A DNA stretch of 64,000 nt from the human T2T-CHM13v2.0 reference genome, Homo sapiens: NCBI RefSeq assembly GCF_009914755.1, contig NC_060936.1; one strand, 5' to 3'. Of this stretch, positions 1 to 12,877 are shown one piece after another. The number at the start of each line of letters is the position of its first letter. Within the stretch, counting starts at the first letter, position 1. The notes below the pieces were generated by a model that had not been told where the DNA came from, did not search any database, and was given only the letters and a program-made list of their open reading frames with translations. Made by a program: the position numbers and the translations under genes.

Positions 1-112
1 ATGTTGAAAGAGCACTTCTCATAGTGTGCTGTTGGAGTGAAAAATCAATACCCTACTAAAAGAGTCTTGTCTGAAAACTGGTATAACTTTGTAAGAGTTG
101 TTATGAAAAGAA

Positions 113-230
113 GTTTTACCCCATGTTACAGATTAAGTTCTCTGCAGCACAGAGAGGTTGAGTAGCTTGCTCCAAGTCACATAGCTAGTGGGCGGCCGAC
201 TCCAGGAGCTCTGTTCTTACACACTGTGCT
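113..230 (-). mobile_element. MIR SINE remnant
   Basis: ttacagattaag...gcacagagaggttgagtagcttgctccaagtcacatagctagt resembles the reverse MIR core. Confidence 0.6.
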
Positions 231-1341
231 GTGCTGTTACTTTTGGTCACTGGAGGGTCTCTGCTGGCAAATGTGACAATTTGTGCCCTATTTCCCGTCT
301 CTTCATAGGGAGCATGGATCTGAGTACATGGATACCGCCAGGCTACAGAGTAGAGTCAGCCTGTGCTGATAGGAATTTACACCTGGCTTCAATAAACCCT
401 GCACATTTAGTTGTCGCTTAATCACCCCGTGGGGCAATTTCCTTCCAGAATTCAGATTACTTAGAGTGGAGGCCTGGCCTTGGGGTTCCCGCCTATATCC
501 CTCTCCCAGATTAGGGTCTCAGCCCCATCAGGGGCAGGGGAGACACCTCCTTCACTTGGTGCTGGAGGCAGTCCGCAGCACTCTTCTCCCTTCTCTCTTT
601 CCACAGTCCCTCAGGCCTGAATTTATGTCTGCAGAGCTGGGGTTTGATCTTTACCCATCCTGTTCGCCTCCTCCCTGCCCTTGGAGTATAATAAAATCTA
701 TTAATGTAATCTGCTAGGTCTCCCTTATGGTCTATTAAAAAGGGAAGGAATAGGAAGATTTTTCAAGAGATCCCTCTCTCAGTCACGCCATAAAATCTGG
801 CTTTCAAGTCAACTTTCCTGCTGAGGATGAAAATCCCATATTGGATATTAGGACCTAGGTAATGGCCTGTTCTTTTTCTCTTCAACTTCCTGCTGTAGAA
901 CCAGCTATCCAACATCACAGAAGAGCCTGCTGAAACTTACAGAGCTCCCACCTGAATTTGACACATGCCTCTTCGGCTCACACTTCACATGTGACCTCAC
1001 CTAACATCAAGGGGGGTGAGGAAGTCAATCCTACCACCCCCTTCCAACCCAGGTGAATGGATGTGTTGGACTGGCCAAGAAGAAAGTGGTTTACTCAGAA
1101 ATGCAGAAGAGAAAGCACATTTAAGTATTTCAACAAACGACCTCCTTTCTCATTTTACAAACAAGAAAACAGATTATTTAAAAAGCTTCCAAAGACTGGA
1201 TATTTCCTTAGCTCACCTGAGTAGACTGCCAGACATGTGAAAGAAAGGAGCACCTCTGAAATTTCACATCACTCGTTGGGTGAGGTGATTGGTGAGAATT
1301 GTATCACCATTTCCTCCAGACACACAGTGAAATTCACTTCC

Positions 1342-1570
1342 TGATATGGTTTGGCTGTGTCCCCACCCAAATCTCATCTTGAATTGTAGCTCCCATAATT
1401 TCCCTGTGTTGTGGGAGGGACCTGGTGGGAGGTAAGTGAATCATGGGGGTGGTTCCCCCCTACTGTTCTCGTGGTAGTGAATAAGTCTCATGGGATCTGA
1501 TGGTTTTGTAAGAGGAAACCTCTTTGGCTTGGTTCTCATTCTTTCCTGCCTGCCACCATGTAAGATGTGT
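1342..1570 (+). mobile_element. Partial THE1(C-like) LTR, 5' ~230 bp, from tandem duplication
   Basis: tgatatggtttggctgtgtccccacccaaatctcatc start, truncated after ccatgtaagatgtg; preceded by the same 34-bp flank as the full copy. Confidence 0.9.
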
Positions 1571-1604
1571 CATTTCCTCCAGACACACAGTGAAATTCAC
1601 TTCC

Positions 1605-1975
1605 TGATATGGTTTAGCTGTGTCCCCACCCAAATCTCATCTTGAATTGTAGCTCCTATAATTTCCACGTGTTGTGGGAAGGACCTGGTGGGAGATAAGT
1701 GAATCATGGGGTGGTTTCCCCCCTCCTGTTCTCATGGTAGTGAATAAGTCTCATGGGATCTGATGGTTTTGTAAGAGGAAACCCCTTTGGCTTGGTTCTC
1801 ATTCTTTCTTGCCTGACACCATGTAAGACGTGCCTTTACTCCTCCTTTGCCTTCTGCCATGATTGTGAGGCCTCCCCAGCCATGTGGAACTGTGAGTCCA
1901 TTAAACCTCTTTTTCTTTATAAATTACCCAGTCGCAGGTATGTCTTTATCAGCAGCATGAGAATGGACAAATACA
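1605..1975 (+). mobile_element. THE1(C-like) MaLR solo LTR
   Basis: TG...CA ends (tgatatgg...aataca), 371 bp, attaaa polyA signal, 5-bp TSD cttcc (1600-1604/1976-1980). Confidence 0.92.
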
Positions 1976-3083
1976 CTTCCCTACTCCCTTTGACTTTGGG
2001 CATAGTCACGTGTTTGGCCAATGAACTGTGAGCTGAAGGCCTGTTTGTCACCTTTGGTGGAAGCTAGAAGGAATAAAGCTTTGTTATGTCATCTTTTCCT
2101 TTACCCCTTGTGACCGTAAATGTTCTCAGAGGTGCCTGCTCTGTTAGCTCATGCCCTTGCTGAGGACAATCTAAGCAAGACCTCGGCAAGTCTGTAATGT
2201 GTGAGGGAAGTAAACATTGTCGGCCTCAAAACACGAAGGTCTTCAGGTTGCTTGTTACTGAGGCCTAACCTGGATAAACTGTGTCTTAGGAAAACCTTCT
2301 CTGGCTCTCTTTCCTGTTAGGATATAAACATACAAACTAAAAGCTGGAATAAGAATATGTGGATGTTTACCCAGCTCTGATTATATAAGAGACAAATTGA
2401 CCTGGTTGTCATGAGAAAGATTAATAGAGTAGAACAGAGATAATTTTCCAGATTCTACAGCAAGCACTGGATGAAAAGGCAGAGGGCACATCTTATTTTT
2501 GACAAAGCTAATAATTATTCCATACTGGTATTTTTTTTCTATATTTTTACACTAAAAAACCCTGAAAGAGCAACTTATGGATTTTCTAACTTCAGGAACT
2601 AAAGATGAGGATTAATTCCTCTGCCTTTACAACTGTAAAATGGGATTTGTCTAACAAGGGATTAATCACTATGTTCCCCCTCTCTGATTGCCCCTCTGAA
2701 ATGGTTCTTTCTTCCGTATTTCCCAGCCTCTTGATTGACTCCCAAGCACAATGCTTGGCAGCCCACTCCTGGGCCGCTCCTTTGTTGACATTGCATCTTG
2801 GCACTTAGCAGCCCACATGCTCTAATGCGGTGATTTGTCAGAAGCCAGGTGTTCCACTCTGTACAACACTTAAGCAACCATTTCACAGCCATTACCAGTC
2901 TGCAGTAATGACACTGGGTGAAAGCTAAGTGCTAAACTGGTTGTAAACTACAAAGAACACCAGGGGAGGTGAAGACAGACACTTTGATAAACAAGAAGGG
3001 ACAGCTTGTACCTTCTAATTGATCAGTTTAAATCTCCACTCAGCTTTCCTCTCACTACTTCAGTCCACTTGGTGTTCAGCAGA

Positions 3084-3612
3084 TATGGCAGATTGTATTT
3101 CCAGAGATGACCACAACAGTATATACCTCCTAACCCTTGCACCCTTCCTCCCAACAGGCAGGAGGAGGAGGAAAGCTTGTGCCTGAGATAGAAGTCACAC
3201 TATGAGGCTGTGAGTTCTGTTATGAGAGGAAGATCAGCCTCCACCATCCTCTTGTGATACTTGGAGCTCAAAGCCACCACTTAAGAAGCTCAAGGCCACC
3301 ATATTGTGAGGAAGCCCCACCACAAAGTAGTGCCATGAACCAGTCTGAAACCCCAACGGGGGTCCCAGGCAAGAGCCAACCTCAACCATTGCACATGTTT
3401 GGAGTGGGCCTTCACAGGATCCCAAGCTTCAGGGATCTGCCAGCTCCTCCAAGACTTCCTGGCTGAGGCCCCAGCCATTGTGGAGTAGAGGCATCTACTA
3501 ACTTTTGTCCTTCCAAGTTCCTGACCCACGGAATCCAGGAGCATAAGAAAATGGTGGTTGTTTAGAGCATTAAGTTTGTGTGCTTTGCTATGCAGCGAGC
3601 AAAAGTGGAACA
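3084..3612 (+). mobile_element. MLT1 (F/G/H-like) MaLR LTR
   Basis: tatggcagattgtatttccagagatgaccacaac start; ttgtttagagcattaagtttg...ttgctatgcagc end. Confidence 0.7.
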
Positions 3613-3727
3613 ACAGTGTTCTGAAGTGAAACTGGAAAATCATTGCCTGCCTGCCCTGGGTCTGCACAGAGGCCAGGCTGGGCTTAGGAAGGCATGTCTC
3701 TCTCTTGGGAGTCATTAAATAGCAGCT

Positions 3728-4072
3728 CAGGGGTTGAATGTGTCCTACAAATATTGTCCCTAATGTAATTTTACTCCATTTTGATCATCTGAGCCAATAA
3801 TTTAAAATTAAGACATTTGCTTTAAAAAAATCCAGATTTTTGGCTTGTCTTGGAACATAACACAATAACACTTGACCTATCTACTTTAGTATAGCGCCAA
3901 TCAGTTGGGGCTGCCACCTTTAAACAGTGCCTGATTTCTTCCATCTGTGCCAGCTCCCACGATTCATGGAGCACCTCCAAACACAAACCTCTCTCTTCTA
4001 CACGCCCTGCCTAATTCATTTCATTGTATTACCTGCCTGTCTCACTGAAGGTCATAGAGTTGGGAACCTCTG
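3728..4072 (+). mobile_element. MER102-like hAT-Charlie DNA transposon
   Basis: cagggg start, aaaaatccagattttt core, attacctgcctg...gagttgggaacctctg end. Confidence 0.6.
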
Positions 4073-4555
4073 CTTCTGCCCTTAGAATTCACCAAGGGTC
4101 CAAAGTGCTAATGCCTGAGTAACCACAGATTTTAATAGTTTGATTATCATCCCCTGATATTAAAAATAAAGAGAATAAAGAGAACTCAACACCCTCTGAT
4201 ATTTTGGTTGGGGTGAGGGATATATCACTGGGAATATGACAAGTAGCATATATGGGCAGAAATGAAGTTGAGTCCTCTTCTGACCAGAAAGTCCTTATAC
4301 ATAGGCGAGGGAAGGGTCTCTCTTGCTCTAAATTCCTTCCTACAAAATCAGGAAAAAGTACTAGTGTTGGGCCTGAGAGTAAATGAATAAGTTGTGTTCA
4401 GGAAGAAATATCACAAAGAAATGAGGGAGGTATATCCATGTGCTATCAGGACAACTCCAAGTCAAACCATTTAAATACACTGTATGTAGATCAGCAATTG
4501 AAGGATTGAGTTTGCAACAAGAAAGTAACTTTGTAACTGTTTTCTTCCATATTAA

Positions 4556-5185
4556 AATCTATCTAACATATTGTCTACCTATGCATTTATGTCTATTATC
4601 TATCATCAATCCATTATCTATATATCTGGCTACCTATCTACTTATTATCTATATACCTAACATCTATCTGTTTATATCCATTATCTATTATCTACCTATA
4701 CATCTATCATCTACCTATCTACCTAGCATCTATCCATCTACCTACCTACCTAGCATCTGTTTATATTCATTATCTATTATCTCTCTACATTATCATCTAT
4801 TATCTGTCATCTACCCATCTACCTAGCATCTAAGTACCTACCTATTATCTATCGATCGATCTATCATCTGTTCACATCCATTATCTATTTTCTATCTATT
4901 ATTTATCATCTATTATTTTCTGTCATCTACCTATCTACATAGCATCTATCTACCTACTTGCCTGATATCTATCCACCTAGTATTTATCTGTTTACATCCA
5001 TTACCTATTATCTATCTAGATTATCATCTCTATTATCTGTCATTTACCTATCTACCTAGCATCTATCTAGCTACGTACCTACCTATTACGTATCTATCTA
5101 GCATCTATCTACCGGTTTATATCCATTATCTATTATCTATTTATATTATCTATCATCTACCTATCTATTTATCGATCAGTCATAG
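4556..5185. repeat. Degenerate (TATC/TACC/TCA)n simple repeat with higher-order unit
   Basis: Continuous tatc/tacc/catc motifs; recurring ctgtttatatccattatctatt module. Confidence 0.9.
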
Positions 5186-5796
5186 CTAGTGACTCACTGT
5201 TCTCCAAGTATAAAGTGTCACCTTTTGATCCTGGCATTTAAGGTCATCCACGGTCCAGATCCAACAACTACAACATGGATGCCCCAAGTCCGAGTCTCTG
5301 GGGACAAGAAAGGTCACGCTACCATCCGAGCCCCAGCCTTGCTGGTCTGACAGCATCCACCGGAGCAGCTTCGGTTACTCAACCTTTCAAGGCCAGGCTC
5401 TTCCCCTTTTGAGACTCCGAGAGTGTTGCGCGTTTGCTCCCAGCTCTGTCTGAGTCACTGCTTGTGGCTCATCAGTCAGGCTCCCTGCTGGTCGCTCTCA
5501 CCACTGCTGCCCCGATGCCCAGCTCTTCACTCTGCCACAGTGGCCCGTGGTCCCTGGCTGCGTGAGTCCATCCTGGGGCTACGAGACTTTGCACCTGTGC
5601 TGCTGCTGTCAGGCTCGCCTTTCCCCTGCCCCCTCACTCTCTGCTCTGTGCGTGTCTGTGCACTGACAGGTCCATGGCTTCCATATGTAACATTTACCCC
5701 ATGATAGGCACTCTTTTAGGAAAGACTCAAGGAGAAACTACCACATTGTCACTTGGAAACACTGTACGTCTGTGCCTTCAGGCAATGAGGCTGACT

Positions 5797-5993
5797 CAGT
5801 GGTGGGATGGAAAATGTTTTGCAGCTGGCAGGGAGAGGGAGCGTGGATACCAGCCTGATTTGTAACACCTGCCCATTTCCATGGTGTAAATGTTCCCACC
5901 ATGACTGTTTTCAAGCTCCCAACATGACAGCATTGAATGTGTCATTGGGAAGAGATGCACAAATTGGGCTCCCCCAAGCTCCAGCACACCACA
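5797..5993 (-). mobile_element. MER63A-like hAT DNA transposon
   Basis: TIRs cagtggtg... / ...cagcacaccac; reverse strand reads catggtgggaacatttacaccatggaaat. Confidence 0.75.
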
Positions 5994-8069
5994 AGCACTC
6001 ATCTTCCTTTCATCTCTAAATTTATCACTCTAGAAAGCCCGTCTATTCCGCAGTCCTCTTCCATTTTCCAGTTCCCTGGTCATGCTATTTATGTTTCCTC
6101 ATGATCACAGACACAACTCAGATTCTTTGCCCATGAGGATCCTCAACCCCTAAGTAAGTTAACGCAAGTGGACTCCATGGGAGAAATGTCACTTCCCATG
6201 CTTTGCGTATGTCCAAAAGCCAGGGCCCATCTCAAAGGAAACTCTCCAAGCTTTCTTTCCGGGTCTCTCCACAAATCTTTGATTATCCTTTAATCAACAC
6301 TATCTAATCGGTCTTTCCTCAAAATTCTAGATATAGTCCCAGTTTCTCCTCAACTAGGTATATGTCGGAATTCCTGTCTTCTCCATACTCCCCCCTGTGT
6401 GATTATGTCCCTTCCACAGTTTCTATTCCTTAAAACAGTGGTGCTCACGGCTCACACTGCATCATCACACCACTCTTTGGCCACACCAAGCCAGGGTCAG
6501 AGACCTCATCTGAGGACTGCCCTTTCTCATCTGGCTGGTGGCCTGTGGACTGTGATGACAGCTCAAAATGTTTAATCAGATTTGTTTCTCCCAGTAATTT
6601 GAACCAAAAGGCACTAAGTAACGATGCCAGGTGGTGCTGGGTTTCAATATGGAAAATTCATGCAAGCATGGCCTAGGATGGACAGCCATCTGCAAGTGGA
6701 AGAGAAAGGTGGTCGAGAGAGAGAAGCGTGCAGCAGAGACACTGAGAGAGAAAGAAAAAGGTGACCCTTGATTCCTGAGGGCATCACAGTTGCTTACTGT
6801 GGGTTCCATGAGGCCTCATGGTACAGTACTTTATGTTCATGAACAGCCATGTGATTTTCTTCCTTCTTTAGACAACCCTCTCTTCTGAATCTTGTCCACC
6901 TATAACCACCTTCTCTCTACTGTCACCTCTTACACAGAGACCTATAACATGGGACCACTTGTTGAACTGGATATTTTCCGCCAGTGACTTTCCTTTATTG
7001 GGAAGATAAACCTGGAGACCTGCTTTCATGGGGAATCACATCAGATGCTGCAGGAGGGAGGCCAAAGGCTTAGGAGCACCAGGTGGGTCAGACTTGAGTC
7101 CAGCTTCCTACAACTTCTCAAAGAGGTGGACTCCAACTAGATCAGATTCTCCTTCATCAGGCCACAAAATGTTTCTGAAATGCTGACGGCCTGGTCTCCT
7201 TTGGTGACTTCTCCCTGTTTTTCATGGAGTTCCAGTCGCTTGCATAATTCTCTCCTCTAGCCCTACTGTGGCCTAAAACCTCCAGCCCTCCAAAGAACAT
7301 ATTCTCCCCAGCTATTTTAGCATCTCTCTGTCCTTCCAAGACACCAAATATCCTGCCAATGCTTAGGCTGTCAGTGAAAACAATGACAATAATAGGATTG
7401 TAGCACATTGCTAAATTGATTGCAATGCCTTCATTTCCACGTTGGAAAAGGAAGCTGATTGCACAGAATTTAGTCTCCTTTTTATTAGTACTCAACAGCC
7501 CGATGGTATTCACATACAGCTTGCTCCATAACACCGGTGTTGAATGCATGGAAATGTACTTAGCCTACAACAGAACAGACTTGAATTCGAGAATACCCCA
7601 ATGAAAAAGTAAGTCTGTTTCAGGCAGTACCTTTCACGGAACAAGCCTAAGGTGGGATGAAAGTTGGGTCTACAGAAACAGAATTACCCTGGGATGACCC
7701 TGCTTGAGCAGAGTTGGATTACCTCAAAAGCAGAAAAAAATGTCGGCCTTATTAACCATACATGTTAAAATAGCTAGGGAAGCAACCATACATTTATTTC
7801 GAAGAGTTTCATGTATAAAATGACATTCGAAAGTCATCAGAAGAAGAAAAATGTTTTTGGACCTTCTAAAACTTATTTTGCAGATCATATATTGTTGTTG
7901 GTATTTCAAACTAATTGTCAGGGAAAGATAAGTGTGACATGCCCATCAATGTCCAGGCCTTTTAAAGTTCTTAATGGGACTCTGCTAATTCACCACATAT
8001 CCTTTTATAACCCAAATACAATAAAAAACAAAAAATAAAAATAAAGAAAACACTCATTGATTATATATA

Positions 8070-8148
8070 TTAGTTGGTGCAAAAGTAGTTGTGGTTTTTG
8101 CCACTACTTTTCTTGGAGAAAACCGTAATTGCTTTTGCATCAACCTAA
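8070..8148. mobile_element. MADE1 (Hsmar1-derived mariner MITE)
   Basis: ~80-bp palindrome ttagttggtgcaaaagta...cttttgcatcaacctaa flanked by TA. Confidence 0.92.
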
Positions 8149-8984
8149 TATTTAAGTACAAAGATTTTCTGACAATATGGCTTTCATTGTCTGTGTCTCT
8201 CTCTGTAGATAATTTAGGTGCAAATATAGAAATGTATGAGAAAGCTGGACATACACATCAAATTTGACATTCTTGGGTGATGGGTTACACGGGATTTATG
8301 TGTTCCGACTTATGGTTTTTCCATGAAAATGCCAGTTTTCTGTCATGAATGTACATGAACTAGACACCAACGCAAAGCATGGAACAGGCCACAGGGTGCT
8401 CCACACTCCCTTTGCCTTCACTACACGAGTATCAAGGTTGCTTAAGTCAGTCCCGAGGCAGGTGCAAGGCTTTGGGAAGAACAGTCATGCTCTGTTCTGT
8501 TTCATTCTCTAACACAAACATTCCACCGCTGCTCGTCTCACCCAGCAGCTGTCTGTGCACCAACATTAGAAAAAAAGGTGCTGTTTCTGCCTCTGCCACC
8601 ACCCCTGCCAACACCTGCCCACCTGACACCTGGATCGGCACCGAGCAGAGGCAGGTCCCGAAGACTCTGCTCCATGGGTCCAAGCTGAGCGCAAATCCTA
8701 GCATGTCTCTCGCCAGAACACTGGTTCTTATCATGTCTTCCCCTGGCAATGGGGTGGAGCTTTTTTTTTTCCCCCAGAGGTGTTTTAGTGAGAAGCAGAG
8801 GGTTGTCTCAGTGGTGACCGAAAATGGTAGAAAAAACCTCAAATACTAATATAATAGGTTGCCTTCCTTTTAAAGCAGTGAATAGAAATAACTTTGCAAT
8901 TTTACTTGGAGCTTTTTTATACCTGGTAGTCCAATAACCTAGTTACCTTATTTGCATACATCTGGGAAATCCAATGTCCAAAAC

Positions 8985-9175
8985 GATAGCCCCTGATAAT
9001 GGAAATCTATTTAAATTTCAATTAGTTAAAATAAAATGAAGTAAATTCAGCTCCTCAGCTGCGCAGCATCACTTTAAGAACTCACAGCCACATGTGGATG
9101 GGGGTTCCCATATTAGACGGTGAAGTTAGAGAACACTGCCATCACCACAGAAAATTCTATTGGAGAGAAATGCTC
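8985..9175 (+). mobile_element. MER3/MER33-like hAT MITE fragment
   Basis: aaattcagctcctcag...agccacatgtgg...ccatcaccacagaaaattctattgga. Confidence 0.65.
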
Positions 9176-9606
9176 CAGAATAATTTTGACAAAACTTTGT
9201 ATCCCCAGGCACATTTTAAAGTTGACATTTAAAATTTTCCCTCCTAAGCTGCAAAGGTTGAAATTTTCAGTATATTGTAACTATTGACATTTTAAAATTA
9301 AACTGTTATATCCTTCTTTTAAAAGTATTCACTGGAATCTAAATACCATGGTGATTTGATACCCACCATTATTCACTTTTAAAGAAATATATAGACAACC
9401 TCTTCCTTATCAGAGTTAAGTTTTATAGCGGTTTACTTTTTTTAGCTTCCATTTTTATTTTACTTATGCCACAGAATTTTGCTCTAATGTGTTCTATTTT
9501 TACGTTCAAATATCTTTTATTGATTACTCTGTCATACTTCTCAGCAGTAAAAATATGCATATAGATTCAAATTTATTTTTTATCTGTGCTTATAGGCTCT
9601 AAATGT

Positions 9607-10190
<584 letters not shown>

Positions 10191-10334
10191 AAGTTCTACA
10201 TTGAGATTTCCTTTTAATTATATTCAGTATACACATAAGCAAAAAGACAGTAAAATAAACTATATATTTTAAAGAGCAATTACTCAACATAATACAGTGA
10301 ACCATTTATCAGAAATGAGTGCTATCAGGAATGG

Positions 10335-10665
10335 GGTTACATAGTCAGGGTGGTGTATATGCTGAAGTAACAACCCCAACTCTTGCTGGCTTAACAAAGA
10401 TGTATCACTTGCTCAAATTTGATGTTTATAGGGACAGGCAAGAATCCAGGCTGATGGAACCCATCTTAGGACGGATGTTGCCCTCACTACACATTGCTTT
10501 GGAATTTCCTGACCAAATGAAGAGACAGCATGAAAGATCACATTCTGGCTCAGAAATGCTTCTACATGGAAGTGACACACATCGTTTGGGCCAAAGCAAG
10601 TCATGTGACCACAGCCTACTTCATGTGGTCAGGGAAGGGTCCCATTCCTATGGGTTTCATCTGGA
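10335..10665 (-). mobile_element. MLT1K-like MaLR LTR remnant
   Basis: tatgctgaagtaacaacccc...ggcttaacaa; ggaagtgacacac...ggccaaagcaagtcatgtgacc. Confidence 0.55.
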
Positions 10666-11337
10666 CAGAAAAACTAAAGCAGCTTTAGAATATTTCAATT
10701 AGAGAGTGTTTAAAATGAGGAATTAGAAACCACTGGCAAGCAAGCGGTAAGGATCAGGGGGCTACAGGCGACTAGATCAGCTCAGTGGGTGATTTCGAGC
10801 GTGGGCTCCTAAGCTGCTGGGAACGTGAGCAATCTCTGTGAAGCCACAGGACACAGTGACTTTCTGTCTACCTTCCAAAACCTCATGCCTCTCATTGGCA
10901 GACCGTAACCCAGGACCACACGGGAAAAGGGAATCTGGGAAAGTCAGGTGAAGCGTGCTCTTCTGAAATGCAGAAGAGAATGTAAAGGGAGTGTCAATGA
11001 CTGATAACTGATGTTCTAGTGCTGAGGCATTCTCCCCTAAGGAGACGGGTCCATGGACTGGAGAAGCGTTGCATTTACTCCAAGAGCAAGACAGCATAGC
11101 CTCAACTCAATCCCTACATTTCAATGTTATAAATGTTGTCCTGAGAAACACTGAATGGAGTGTACTTTGTCATAGTAATGGCACTCAATTATTGGAACTC
11201 CTACGACAAAAACTGTACAGTAATCCGTCATCAAGAGTGATATTTCAAGATCTGACAATATGAACACATTCTCCTCCTACTTTGTTGAATGCAAAGAATC
11301 AGAAATTACATGGATGCCAAAGGAGTTGATATCCAGT

Positions 11338-11393
11338 CATTAGAGTAATCCACTTTCTCAAAGACCATTAGAGTAATCCACTTTCTCAAAGAC
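11338..11393. repeat. Perfect 28-bp tandem duplication
   Basis: cattagagtaatccactttctcaaagac x2. Confidence 0.97.
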
Positions 11394-12471
11394 ATCAGCA
11401 TCCCTAAATGTCTTACAGGGCTGTCAGCCCATAAGGTTTTACAACCCAACACAATCCACCTAGATAAGTGACAAAATGGCTTTATTTATAAAGTAGGTAC
11501 AAAGGCAAATGTGGAGCTGAGTTCTTTAACTCTAGGTATTTTTCTTAGGCAGATCAATTTTAGGAAAGAGAATACACAGAAGTAGAGAACTCAGAAAACA
11601 GATACTCTTGAAACTATTTACATCCATATATCCTTTGAATGGTTTTGCATAGCAACAGGTATACACGTAGCCCAATTTAAGACCTCTGCAATTAGCAAAT
11701 TTCCTCAGGGGTCTAAAAGGAGACGAGAGGTCTCGTAGATGAACAATCACAGCACAACTCGCCCACACAAATGGGAAGACGCTGGTTATTTTTTCCAGCA
11801 GGTACAAAAGCCTGTGAGTCTTACACACATGTAATATTTTACGTGTGTGAGAGGTTTCATAAGTTATTACCATCTAAGAGCATAAATGGTAAATCTCTAT
11901 TTTAATTTCATTCCTCTTCATCTAACATAGATGTCATGATGTAACCTAGAATTCTTCTTGCTTCCTGAATCAGAAGTGTTTATTAAAAGTCCTTCTACCT
12001 TGGGCTCTATGCTGGAATACAATCCCCTCAAAAAGTCAACTTGATAGAATCTTTAATATTAAGCCTGCCTTAATATACTTCAATTTCTTTACAATATTTA
12101 TCGATGTAAAAATCACAAGCATACCCTTGCTTTCTGTCGTGTGAATCTAATCTAAATCCAACCATCCAAGGAACATGTTCATGGAGAAAACCCCCTGGGA
12201 AAACAGGATAGCATGCACGTGGAATACAGCTGCTGGCCTCCAGTGAAAAGAGTACTGTTCAGGGTAAGGAGGGTTTGGATGGAAAACCAACAGCTGTTGA
12301 GGCCAGAACAATGTATGAATGTTAAAGGAAGCATATTTTAATTCAATGTGAAAAGTGTAACGCTGACAGCTCTATGGGCAACCACATAAAGTGTGTGGCA
12401 ATATGTAGATTTCTAGGAGTGGGCTCAACTCTTCATAGGTGGGCACCAAGCAAGACATCCAGGGGTCTTAA

Positions 12472-12877
<406 letters not shown>

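Larger units (their letters stand above)
1308..2285 (+). mobile_element. Old MaLR LTR (MLT1-type), host of the THE1 insertion
   Basis: cacttcc|ctactccctttgactttgggcatagtcacgtgtttggccaatgaa and ...ttgcttgttactgagg 3' end; continuity restored on removing THE1. Confidence 0.5.

Noticed and set aside
4440-4826. 128-aa hydrophobic ORF resembling a membrane protein
   Set aside because: Translation of the TATC simple repeat (YLSI-rich); compositional artefact
8379-8849. Overlapping 156-aa (+) and 131-aa (-) ORFs in unique DNA
   Set aside because: No recognisable domain or exon structure; stop-poor moderately GC-rich stretch, expected by chance
9180-9600. Possible old DNA transposon fragment
   Set aside because: AT-rich and repeat-like, but I could not assign a family or termini
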